Shown here in pieces: positions 8,576-16,342 of a stretch of DNA of 60,167 bases (position 1 is its first letter; every line of letters starts with the position of its first letter). The stretch lies in IMG/VR virus record IMGVR_UViG_3300045227_000003; one strand, 5' to 3'. Under the pieces are notes generated by a model, which saw only the letters and a program-made list of their open reading frames with translations, did no database searches and had not been told where the DNA came from. Made by a program: the position numbers and the translations under genes. The stretch comes from a virus.

Positions 8576-8918
8576 GCTGCGAATGGACATTTGGGCAGCG
8601 CCGATCACCACCAGCCCACCGCCCTAAGTGGTTGAAAGTAAAAGCGAATGAGGGGCCAAGACCCTTTCACCCCACACCCCCGGTCAGCACCCAAAACGGC
8701 CTTCCCCTACGGGGAGAACTCGTAAAAACCACGTAAGTCATTGATTTTGAAAGCGGGGCTATGAGAGATCCGGCGCATTTCGCGAGAAAGCGGCTCTGCG
8801 CACCCCCGGGAACACCGAAAACCGGGGAAGTACCTTTTTGAAATGCCGGGCCGAAAATCCCCGCCAGACCCCCGCCACGGCAGGCAGGACACAAAGACAT
8901 AGGGTAGGGTAGGTATGA

Positions 8919-9310
8919 CATAGATCGCCGCGTATAGCCCCCATAGCGGCCCAAATAGAGCTACCAACAAGCCCTATGTGATACCGTATTGCATGATCCG
9001 GCGCATAACACCCCATACAGGCCCACATACCGCCATGTTAGGACACACGCCACGTATACCACGCAGCCCACAACAGGCCGCACCAAGGGGTAACAGGGGA
9101 TAAAGGGCCGCATAAAGCCCTAGATGAAAGCAGGTACAACCGGGAAGGGGTAAGGCAGGGGTAACACTACACGCCGCGTATATCACAACCTAGGCCGTTA
9201 TAGGCCCGATACGGGGTAGGGTTTAATACATGGGGCGTATATCAGATAGGCAATAAAAAAGCCGCCCGGGTAGGCGGCCTATAATACATAGGGCGTATAT
9301 CATAGGCCAC
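8919..9310. repeat. Degenerate direct-repeat array in non-coding DNA
   Basis: Core GC(G/A)(T/C)ATA recurs near 8930, 9003, 9052, 9110, 9176, 9234 and 9293, at a spacing of about 49 to 73 bp. Clear paralogous units are 8919..8955 versus 8991..9026, and taatacat(g/a)gggcgtatatca at 9225..9246 versus 9283..9304. Confidence 0.6.
9255..9278 (-). terminator. Intrinsic terminator ending the minus-strand early block
   Basis: Minus-strand reading is gccgcc-tacccg-ggcggc followed by tttttt. It lies about 55 nt downstream of the stop at 9335. Confidence 0.75.
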
Positions 9311-9334
9311 ACTGTAGGCCCGGGGTAAAGGGGA

Positions 9335-9601
9335 TCATTTTTTCGGCCCTAGATCGCCTACGCGGCCAATGGAGACAAGCGCCGATAGTGCCCCGTCTAT
9401 GCCGTCATATCGTGAGAACGTAACCCCACTAGTCCGCACATCGTACCCAGTGCGCCCCTCTCGCTTGATGGCACGTAATGCGGCCACGGTAACACCGTCT
9501 AGGGCCGCGCTGTAGTCCCCGGGCTTGTGACCGGTCTCTATAGTCAGTACATGCGCAAGGCCGCTTTCCGCTATGAATGTGCGTTTCCTGATAAGCGCCA
9601 T
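9335..9601 (-). CDS. Hypothetical protein, 88 aa
   Basis: ORF track lists 9335..9658. I prefer the ATG at 9601 (MALIRKRTF), which overlaps the upstream stop as TGATG. Confidence 0.5.
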   Translation of the reverse strand: MALIRKRTFIAESGLAHVLTIETGHKPGDYSAALDGVTVAALRAIKREGRTGYDVRTSGVTFSRYDGIDGALSALVSIGRVGDLGPKK

Positions 9602-9792
9602 CAGAACACCCCCGCCTGAATGAGTAGATCCATATACAGCGCACCGAACACGCCACACACCACAACGGACAACGGGACGGACAAGTAAAGCGCGTTATCC
9701 GAATTCTTAGCGCCGAAATAACAAAGGGCATGGATTCCAGCCCCGGCCAAAATAGACATTAAGACCAATACAACCACATGCACGAATATCAT
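9601..9792 (-). CDS. Small membrane protein, 63 aa
   Basis: Two hydrophobic segments (VVLVLMSILAGAGI and VVVCGVFGALYMDLLI). Start and stop overlap the neighbouring genes. Confidence 0.5.
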   Translation of the reverse strand: MIFVHVVVLVLMSILAGAGIHALCYFGAKNSDNALYLSVPLSVVVCGVFGALYMDLLIQAGVF

Positions 9793-10253
9793 GATTGAAC
9801 CTTAACCCAGTGGAGAATATGATTAGAATCGTAACGCTTGCCATTAACCGAAATAGCGCCGCCGCTTTCCCGGGTATCCACGCCAACGCCTACACCCATG
9901 TAAACGCCGGTCTCGCTCCACACCCTAACGATCAGCCCTTGGATCGGCCTTTCCTGTGGGAAGTAAGAAGCATAGCGACCGAACCCCACTAGCAGCCGCT
10001 TAACCCCCATGCGCGGACGTTTGAGCGCCTCAAAGCGGCCTAGCAGGTCGAGCGTTGCAGTTTTCCGCACGTCACAGTACAGACCCGCCCGGGCACTGTA
10101 GGCGACCACGGCGGCGCGTTCTGCCAGTGGATCGGCTTGCTGGCTGCAAAGCACGTCCATGATCGGTGCGGTATCGTCATCCATCCAGCGGAGCGCGTAA
10201 ACCCCGTTATCACGTATTAGGCGACGTGCGGCGCGGTACTGTTCGCGATTCAT
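9789..10253 (-). CDS. Hypothetical protein, 154 aa
   Basis: ORF track. It has 4-nt overlaps with both neighbours. No motif recognised. Confidence 0.55.
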   Translation of the reverse strand: MNREQYRAARRLIRDNGVYALRWMDDDTAPIMDVLCSQQADPLAERAAVVAYSARAGLYCDVRKTATLDLLGRFEALKRPRMGVKRLLVGFGRYASYFPQERPIQGLIVRVWSETGVYMGVGVGVDTRESGGAISVNGKRYDSNHILHWVKVQS

Positions 10254-10564
10254 GCGTGATCCTCGCTGTAATCGGGCAAGCCGTCGATAATAGGGCCGTC
10301 CGCGTCGAATAGTGCCGCGTCAATACCGGCGGCCTGTAATGCCGCAAATACGGCGACAATATCAGGACGGCTAGACAAACAATCTTCACCGCCCGCGTTA
10401 ACGTCAAAGCGCACCGCATAGCCACGGACAATAAAGCCGTGATCGGTAGGATGCACCCAGTAAGGCAAATCGCGATTAATTTCTAGCGCGTTTAATGTTT
10501 TTAAAGTTTCCGGCGTTAAATGCGCTGTACTTAATACGGCAGTTTTAAAAGTCTCGTTAAACAT
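10250..10564 (-). CDS. Hypothetical protein, 104 aa
   Basis: ORF track, tightly packed in the operon. Confidence 0.55.
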   Translation of the reverse strand: MFNETFKTAVLSTAHLTPETLKTLNALEINRDLPYWVHPTDHGFIVRGYAVRFDVNAGGEDCLSSRPDIVAVFAALQAAGIDAALFDADGPIIDGLPDYSEDHA

Positions 10565-10758
10565 TATTTAGCCTCCATTGGTTCACCACGATCACAACGC
10601 AGGGAAAATAGATCCGCGCGGTATGGTTGCGCCTGCATAGCCTTTTTACAATCAGCGAAAGTAAAGCCGCCATCCAAGATATAATCATTACAGTTTTCAG
10701 CCAGTGCGCCCGCGTTAACGTCGCACGTTGTCATTACCAAAAAGAATAAAGCGATCAT
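10564..10758 (-). CDS. Small secreted or membrane protein, 64 aa
   Basis: Hydrophobic N-terminus MIALFFLVMTTCDVNA and four Cys residues. Confidence 0.45.
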   Translation of the reverse strand: MIALFFLVMTTCDVNAGALAENCNDYILDGGFTFADCKKAMQAQPYRADLFSLRCDRGEPMEAK

Positions 10759-10767
10759 GTATTACCC

Positions 10768-11031
10768 TTAAATAATTGAGCGGAATAAAACGAATAAATC
10801 AAAGTGCGATTTAGTTTGCACAACCACGGCGCGATCCCGGTGAATATCCAACGTGTAGGACGTAAACACCCATACCGCACCCTTTACGAATATGTCCGCA
10901 TCGCGGCGCGTGAAGCGTGGCATACCGTCCGCACTACGCGTAATTGTGAAACCCTTGCTCTTTGCCATGCTACGCGCCTTTGATACCTGCAAATCAGCGG
11001 CGACGCGGCTTATTGTGATGCTCTTAGCCAT
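10768..11031 (-). CDS. Hypothetical protein, 87 aa
   Basis: ORF track. Its start overlaps the upstream stop. Confidence 0.5.
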   Translation of the reverse strand: MAKSITISRVAADLQVSKARSMAKSKGFTITRSADGMPRFTRRDADIFVKGAVWVFTSYTLDIHRDRAVVVQTKSHFDLFVLFRSII

Positions 11032-11453
11032 TATTCATCCTTAGCCGGTAATGCGCGATTAATGACAACCAAGTCCACCATTTTATGACCTAGGCAATAA
11101 CTATCACCGAATAAAGACACACCCATAAAATTACAGTGCTTAATATCCTTAATGCCCACGGTGCGATCCTTGCCCTCATGCCGCACCACGTCCCCGGCGC
11201 GAATGTTGCGGATATGCGTCTTAACGATCTCGACGTCGCCCCGGTACGCGGTAGCGTCTACGGCCACCTTTGCCAACATGCAACGCGCTTCAGGTGTGGT
11301 TAGGCTTTCACCGGTAACAACTAACGCCGTTTGCATTACTGATTTTCTAAACTCCGCGCTATCCGCTAATAACGGGTTACGAGAGGTAAAGAAATCCATA
11401 TCAGCCGCGTAACGTGAAACAATTGCTTTTTTAAATCCGATTGAGAGCGCCAT
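11031..11453 (-). CDS. Hypothetical protein, 140 aa
   Basis: ORF track. No motif recognised. Confidence 0.55.
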   Translation of the reverse strand: MALSIGFKKAIVSRYAADMDFFTSRNPLLADSAEFRKSVMQTALVVTGESLTTPEARCMLAKVAVDATAYRGDVEIVKTHIRNIRAGDVVRHEGKDRTVGIKDIKHCNFMGVSLFGDSYCLGHKMVDLVVINRALPAKDE

Positions 11454-11523
11454 TATTTACCCCTTAACAGTTTGACCAATTCCGACCAATTACGGGGCCG
11501 GTTATTACCGTACGTTTTCACCG

Positions 11524-12324
11524 TCATTTGATATACTCCAACGTTTTAATCATTTCAGGCTTCACATAAGAACAAAATTCTTTATTCTCAATCAGATTTA
11601 AACGCATTAACCAACGCTGTGAGAATACCGCCCCGTCATCGTGCATCGCTACGGCATACAGCGGCGCAATTAAAACCATTCCGGCGTTAGTGGTAATTTT
11701 AATGCGCTTCACGTTGGCAATGCCGATCCCGATGAAAGTAGGCGTGAAAGACTCAACCTTGATCGCCGTGCCATAGTCCGAAAGCTTATCTGTCGATTCA
11801 GGCTTAACCATATGCTCTTTTGCGTTATGGCGGTAATAAGTCCACAAGCCCGCGTCCGTTAAAAAGAGTTTTTCGTTTTCGTTGTCCGTCGTGGTCACAA
11901 CGTAGTGCTTAACCTCTTTCGGCGTGGTCTCGCTAGGCAATGGGTTAACCAAGTGATCCCGGGCGTTCTCATACGTGATCCCGGCACTGGCGCGGACATA
12001 GTGAGCGTGTAACTCGTCGAACACTTCCAAGTGAGCGCACAAAGAGAGCGTTTCCAGAATATCGGCGATTGAGTCTGTTTCATACTCCACACGCTCCAAC
12101 ACAACCAACGGGCCGCGCTCGTTAATCATGCCGTGAGTAGTAACGCGGAAAGTGTACTTGCTAAAACGTGTGCAAGGCTTGATCTCAACCTGCACGACGA
12201 ATCCAGTCGATACCATGATGTCGCCCACTTTCACGAATTCCGGCGACGCTTCACCGTTACGAATAGCAGCGCAAGCGACTTTAAGAGCGTTTTTAAACTG
12301 ACCGGTGAAAACCATTTTAGACAT
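11524..12324 (-). CDS. Hypothetical protein, 266 aa
   Basis: ORF track lists 11524..12483, but that N-terminal extension reads through the promoter repeat. The ATG at 12324 (MSKMVFTGQF) follows aaacaggggtctaaaa. Confidence 0.6.
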   Translation of the reverse strand: MSKMVFTGQFKNALKVACAAIRNGEASPEFVKVGDIMVSTGFVVQVEIKPCTRFSKYTFRVTTHGMINERGPLVVLERVEYETDSIADILETLSLCAHLEVFDELHAHYVRASAGITYENARDHLVNPLPSETTPKEVKHYVVTTTDNENEKLFLTDAGLWTYYRHNAKEHMVKPESTDKLSDYGTAIKVESFTPTFIGIGIANVKRIKITTNAGMVLIAPLYAVAMHDDGAVFSQRWLMRLNLIENKEFCSYVKPEMIKTLEYIK

Positions 12325-12388
12325 TTTTAGACCCCTGTTTGACCGTTTAAGAGTGAGGCGGTTAGACACTGCCGCCCCGATACAATCT

Positions 12389-12417
12389 AATCTAATGATA
12401 CACGCCGCGTATGTCAA
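12389..12417 (-). promoter_or_regulatory. Phage promoter-family member, minus strand
   Basis: Reverse complement reads TTGACA-tacgcggcgtgtatcat-TAGATT with a 17-nt spacer. It lies inside a 55-bp segment (12371..12425) that is identical to 15732..15786. Confidence 0.8.
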
Positions 12418-12437
12418 ACGCTTTTTACTATGCAAAC

Positions 12438-12462
12438 AAAAAAGCCCGCGTAAGGGGCGGGC
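12438..12462 (-). terminator. Intrinsic terminator between the two early minus-strand units
   Basis: Minus-strand reading is gcccgc(cc)-ttac-gcgggc followed by tttttt. It is downstream of the stop at 12493 and upstream of the promoter at 12417. Confidence 0.7.
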
Positions 12463-12492
12463 ATCAAGTCGGACAATAGGCACAACGTTTTA

Positions 12493-12711
12493 TTATTCGT
12501 CTGTCTTAAAGTGATCCATAAGGGCTTGCCCCTCGTCCTGAGTGGGCCACAGCAGCTTGATACACACGCCGCCCGAAAAGGTATACAGAAACGCCTTATA
12601 CGGCCCCACGTCGCCGCCTAAGAGCACACACGCCCCTATGACAGCGGCAACCAACACACACCCGCCGAATTTAACAGCGGCCCTTTTAGCGTCACCGGTT
12701 AGATCATCCAT
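12493..12711 (-). CDS. Small membrane protein, 72 aa
   Basis: Hydrophobic segment GGCVLVAAVIGACVLLGG. ORF track. Confidence 0.5.
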   Translation of the reverse strand: MDDLTGDAKRAAVKFGGCVLVAAVIGACVLLGGDVGPYKAFLYTFSGGVCIKLLWPTQDEGQALMDHFKTDE

Positions 12712-13141
12712 GTACGCCCCCGATCCACGCGCCTACGATATCCCACGGTGATTCCCGCAACGGGTAGAATAGGCCGTTGGATTGCCATACCTTAAATTCA
12801 CGCGGGCGGACTTCCCCCCGGTACATTTTCCAGATCCGGCCCTTGATCGGGAAGGTCGGATTTTGCCCGGCCCCGTTCTGCGTTACGATGGCGTCCACGG
12901 TCACACGGTCGCCCGCCCTTGTCACGTAGTCGCCGGGCTTGGTGATGACAAAAGGCGCGGGGCCGGGCTTCCAGCGTCCGCCGTCACGGTGCGCCACGAT
13001 GACCGCCATGTAGCCGCCATGATAACGGGCGCTTATCTCGTTGTAGCCGTTGCGCGTGGCGTAATTCTTAGCGCCTTGTTCGGTTGCGGATGTGTCGCAG
13101 TGCGTGCCATCGGATAGGATAACGCCGTAAATTGTTTGCAT
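12704..13141 (-). CDS. Hypothetical protein, 145 aa
   Basis: Preceded by the conserved junction TAA-GGGGATCACC-ATG. Confidence 0.6.
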   Translation of the reverse strand: MQTIYGVILSDGTHCDTSATEQGAKNYATRNGYNEISARYHGGYMAVIVAHRDGGRWKPGPAPFVITKPGDYVTRAGDRVTVDAIVTQNGAGQNPTFPIKGRIWKMYRGEVRPREFKVWQSNGLFYPLRESPWDIVGAWIGGVHG

Positions 13142-13151
13142 GGTGATCCCC

Positions 13152-13463
13152 TTACAGTTGAGCCGCGTTAAAGAAGGCCGCTTGATCCGCGTCCTGCCAG
13201 TTGGACGGGGTGAATTTTGTCACGTCCAGCGGATACCCAACGCTATATTTAACGCCCTTGATCCGCACCCAGTAAAAAGCCGCTTGCCCACAAGTGCAAT
13301 CGAAATACGCCCGGCGGGTAATCACTTCACCGCTTTTTAATTGGAACACTAGCCAGCCACTCATGCCGCGATAGCCGCCCGCGTCAATGGTGTAATAGTC
13401 CGTGTCGAGGTGAACCACGTTAGCCGATTTAACGATAGTTGAGAGTGAGATATATTTAGCCAC
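13152..13463 (-). CDS. Hypothetical protein, about 103 aa, GTG start
   Basis: ORF track lists 13152..13526. The same junction, TAA-GGGGATCACC-GTG, places the start at 13463 and removes the 53-nt overlap with the upstream gene. Confidence 0.5.
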   Translation of the reverse strand: MAKYISLSTIVKSANVVHLDTDYYTIDAGGYRGMSGWLVFQLKSGEVITRRAYFDCTCGQAAFYWVRIKGVKYSVGYPLDVTKFTPSNWQDADQAAFFNAAQL

Positions 13464-13473
13464 GGTGATCCCC

Positions 13474-13959
13474 TTACGCGATGATTGTGATTGATTTGAA
13501 CGGCGCACCCATGACAGCCGGGCCACCCGATGATCGGGAGGTGGCGATCTCTAAGTGATTAGGCAACCAACCAGTTGAGCGACCAACCCAAAAGCGGCGG
13601 CGTTCACCGTGGCTATCTAACACCTCGACGCGCTTACCCTCCAAGCCGATCAGCTGATCGCACAGCTCAACCGGGCACAACGTGCCGGTATTCATGGCAT
13701 AGATACGGGCCGCGCAAATGATCTTATCGCAGGCGGTGAAATGCTTTTTAGTGCCAACGCGTGCCGGGACTGCCAGCGACTTAACGTCGATCCCTTTCGC
13801 CCCTAGGATCATTTCAGCGGCGCGGCCTTGCGCCCACAACCACGTAAGCAGGCGGGCGGCCTTGTCATTCAACACGTCGAACCCATAGCAGGACACACAA
13901 CCATTAACCGCCATAACATAAAGCCGCTGATCGTGATTGATTGAGCTTAAAGTATTCAT
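13474..13959 (-). CDS. Hypothetical protein, 161 aa
   Basis: ORF track. Cys-rich, with no family recognised. Confidence 0.55.
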   Translation of the reverse strand: MNTLSSINHDQRLYVMAVNGCVSCYGFDVLNDKAARLLTWLWAQGRAAEMILGAKGIDVKSLAVPARVGTKKHFTACDKIICAARIYAMNTGTLCPVELCDQLIGLEGKRVEVLDSHGERRRFWVGRSTGWLPNHLEIATSRSSGGPAVMGAPFKSITIIA

Positions 13960-14162
13960 TATTTTCCACCTTGAATTAAAAGAGTAAAGAAATTATTAGA
14001 GCAACCAATTAAGCGGCCTGTTTTCTTCTCACGCAAATAAACGGTACGCTTGCCGAAAGAATAAAGGCGCTCAACCTTGCAACGATTTAAAACGTGGCGC
14101 ACGTCATGCGCGATAACCGCCGCAATAATGGAGTAACCGATAAAGATAATTAAATAGATCAT
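13959..14162 (-). CDS. Small membrane protein, 67 aa
   Basis: N-terminal hydrophobic helix MIYLIIFIGYSIIAAVIA. Confidence 0.5.
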   Translation of the reverse strand: MIYLIIFIGYSIIAAVIAHDVRHVLNRCKVERLYSFGKRTVYLREKKTGRLIGCSNNFFTLLIQGGK

Positions 14163-14177
14163 AACGTGCGCCCTAGT

Positions 14178-14429
14178 TTAAATCGGTAATGATTTGAATG
14201 AATCCACCGTATAGCCATTATGGAAGTATTCGATCCACGTCCAAATATGCACCCCGTTGTCATCGTGACAGCGGCGAACATGCAGGACATAGGCCGGTGC
14301 AACGTGGTAAACGGTCATAGACGGGGAAATCACTTCCACGGCTACCGCGTCCAAGGCCGCGAGGTTGTGACGCTGGCGCATCGCTTCCACGTCCGCCGCT
14401 TCACGTTCTGTTAGTACCAATGCCGCCAT
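14178..14429 (-). CDS. Hypothetical protein, 83 aa
   Basis: ORF track, within the operon. Confidence 0.5.
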   Translation of the reverse strand: MAALVLTEREAADVEAMRQRHNLAALDAVAVEVISPSMTVYHVAPAYVLHVRRCHDDNGVHIWTWIEYFHNGYTVDSFKSLPI

Positions 14430-14438
14430 GATGCCCCC

Positions 14439-14984
14439 TTATGCCGTAACCAAAGTAAACAGGCGATCCCCGTTGTACAATTCCACGTAATCCGCAAGCG
14501 CCCACGCTAGGCCCGGCGTGAAGTCGCCCTCCGCGCATTTCTCATTAATCATACCCAGCATGACCCCGGCGGCATAACGTGCGTTTCCTTGGATGTCCGA
14601 CCCGTTCGCCACGTCCGCCGAGTAATGCACCTTAACGCCTTTCGGGAACAGCCACGAATAAGCCCGCATGTAGGCCGGGCCTGTATTAGTGCCCGCCATG
14701 AATTTAACGGTAATAGACATATGACAAGGCGCTACCGCTGGCGCGTATTCGATGATGAATACCCAACCGCCATCCGCACCACGTAAACCCGGTACGCCCG
14801 GCGCGGAGCATTTAACACGCCATGATACAGATTTATTCGCGTTTAACTTCTTAACCAGTTTATCAGCGGCGGCGCGGTGATTGGCCTCGCTAGATAAAGC
14901 AGCGTCAAAATCCGCTTTAACCCAACCATTCCAGCTTTTAGCGTAAATGCGACCGTTTTTATAATGAGTGGTAATAGTTTGCAT
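14439..14984 (-). CDS. Hypothetical protein, 181 aa
   Basis: Preceded by the junction TAA-GGGGATCACC-ATG. Confidence 0.6.
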   Translation of the reverse strand: MQTITTHYKNGRIYAKSWNGWVKADFDAALSSEANHRAAADKLVKKLNANKSVSWRVKCSAPGVPGLRGADGGWVFIIEYAPAVAPCHMSITVKFMAGTNTGPAYMRAYSWLFPKGVKVHYSADVANGSDIQGNARYAAGVMLGMINEKCAEGDFTPGLAWALADYVELYNGDRLFTLVTA

Positions 14985-14994
14985 GGTGATCCCC

Positions 14995-15696
14995 TTAATT
15001 AAATTCGCGTGTAGTAATTACTGTGAAAATTTCGCGCCCGTAAAGTTGATACATGGTGCGTAATAGATGATCGTCATTCAATATTTCGGCGTCGCTGTAA
15101 TCATTGCCCCATGTATTACGCATGGTATGCGACACGTTAACATGGAACCGGCTACGCGTTTCAACCGTGGCGCGTCCGTCCGCATCGCGGCGAATAACAA
15201 TAGATAACCAATCTTGCAACGGTTCACCTTTCAACACGTTGTAGACGCGTTCACCGCGTTCACCTTGTGGAGCGGGGATAACGTGATCGCCTGCAACCGG
15301 TGCGGACAAGGCCGCGTCCATTTCCAGCGCTTCACCGTGGGCCGCCTCAACCTGCAACGCTTTTAACATCTTTTCAAACTTGCGCTTTTGAGTAGCCAAG
15401 GCCGCCGCGCTTTTGTGGTGTGACAGGTCGAACAATAAAACATTTTTCCCGGCGGCGTTTTTATATGAAATTTGCACCGCGTTATAAATGATCGGCGCGG
15501 GCAGTGCGATCCCGTTGGCACGTTTGATGGCGTCCGCCTCTTCCATTGCCGCCACCTCACTAGCCGGGCAAACGTAAGAGGTGATAAACAACTGGCGCAC
15601 GTCCGTTACGCTGTAGTCATTACTGCCGGTTACGTGGGCCAACACGGCGGCGAACACGTCCGCTTTTTTCAGGTCAGAAAACTTGTGATTGATCAT
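14995..15696 (-). CDS. Hypothetical protein, 233 aa, first gene of the unit
   Basis: ORF track. It lies about 50 nt downstream of the promoter at 15750..15778. Confidence 0.6.
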   Translation of the reverse strand: MINHKFSDLKKADVFAAVLAHVTGSNDYSVTDVRQLFITSYVCPASEVAAMEEADAIKRANGIALPAPIIYNAVQISYKNAAGKNVLLFDLSHHKSAAALATQKRKFEKMLKALQVEAAHGEALEMDAALSAPVAGDHVIPAPQGERGERVYNVLKGEPLQDWLSIVIRRDADGRATVETRSRFHVNVSHTMRNTWGNDYSDAEILNDDHLLRTMYQLYGREIFTVITTREFN

Positions 15697-15749
15697 TGTG
15701 AACCCCTGTTTATCTAGTTGGGGGCCGCCACGCCGCCCCGATACAATCT

Positions 15750-15778
15750 AATCTAATGATACACGCCGCGTATGTCAA
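15750..15778 (-). promoter_or_regulatory. Phage promoter-family member, minus strand, exact duplicate of the one at 12389..12417
   Basis: The same TTGACA-17-TAGATT sequence, inside 15732..15786, which is identical to 12371..12425. Confidence 0.8.
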
Positions 15779-15984
15779 ACGCTTTTCTAAAATAATTCTA
15801 TCACGCCCCCTTTCCTTTATACGCGAAAAGCGAAAACGCCTAAGTCGCTGAATTGTATACGTTTTTACGATGTCACCCCCCGACCTGACCCCCTGCGGCA
15901 CGTCATCGACGGGCGACACCCCCGATCCGCACGCCGCGCCGGGCCGCTGGAATTCTCCACGAAAAACCAGCGCCACCCCGGCGG

Positions 15985-16225
15985 CTTACTTCAAAAACCT
16001 AGCCGGTTGCTAAATTTTGAACGCCGATCCCGGGGCTTACTTCAAAAACCTAGCCGGTTGCTGTTCAGCCCGGCGGCGATCAGGAAAAACCTCCACGTTC
16101 TCCCGGCTTACTTCAAAAACCTAGCCGGTTCTCGTTCGCACCATCGGCCCTTACTTCAAAAACCTAGCCGGTTGCTGTGTAGGCCCGGGGGTTCGCGGCT
16201 TACTTGACGAACCTAGCCGGTTGCT
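15985..16225 (+). repeat. Five direct copies of a 27-bp repeat, CTTACTTCAAAAACCTAGCCGGTTGCT
   Basis: Copies start at 15985, 16036, 16107 (ends ggttctc), 16150 and 16199 (variant cttacttGACGaacc). The spacing is irregular at 51, 71, 43 and 49 bp. All copies have the same orientation and sit between divergent promoters. Confidence 0.9.
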
Positions 16226-16271
16226 GTATTTCGCGTGAGCTTTTACTGGAAGGTGTCCTCGAAGGAAAAGT

Positions 16272-16300
16272 TTGACATACGCGGCGTGTAGCACTATTGT
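16272..16300 (+). promoter_or_regulatory. Phage promoter-family member, plus strand
   Basis: TTGACA-tacgcggcgtgtagcac-TATTGT with a 17-nt spacer. Confidence 0.75.
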
Positions 16301-16342
16301 TTGCCGAATGAATCTGCACCACACCACCACGGAGTAACAGAC

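Noticed and set aside
8667-9186. Four overlapping minus-strand ORFs (95, 87, 89 and 70 aa) in the non-coding tract
   Set aside because: All three frames are open over the same DNA. That reflects the T-poor plus strand, which has few TTA/CTA/TCA triplets, not coding. The products are low-complexity G/P/R/C-rich, and no SD sequences are present.
15710-15976. 88-aa minus-strand ORF, and the N-terminal 53 aa of ORF 11524..12483
   Set aside because: Both simply translate the duplicated 55-bp promoter segment, giving the shared peptide RLTYAACIIRLDCIGAA. The real starts lie downstream of the promoters.
15985-16225. CRISPR array interpretation of the 27-bp repeats
   Set aside because: There are only five copies. 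The intervening segments are 16 to 44 bp and irregular, there is no leader or cas gene, and the array sits in a promoter region. I call it an iteron-like or regulatory repeat instead.
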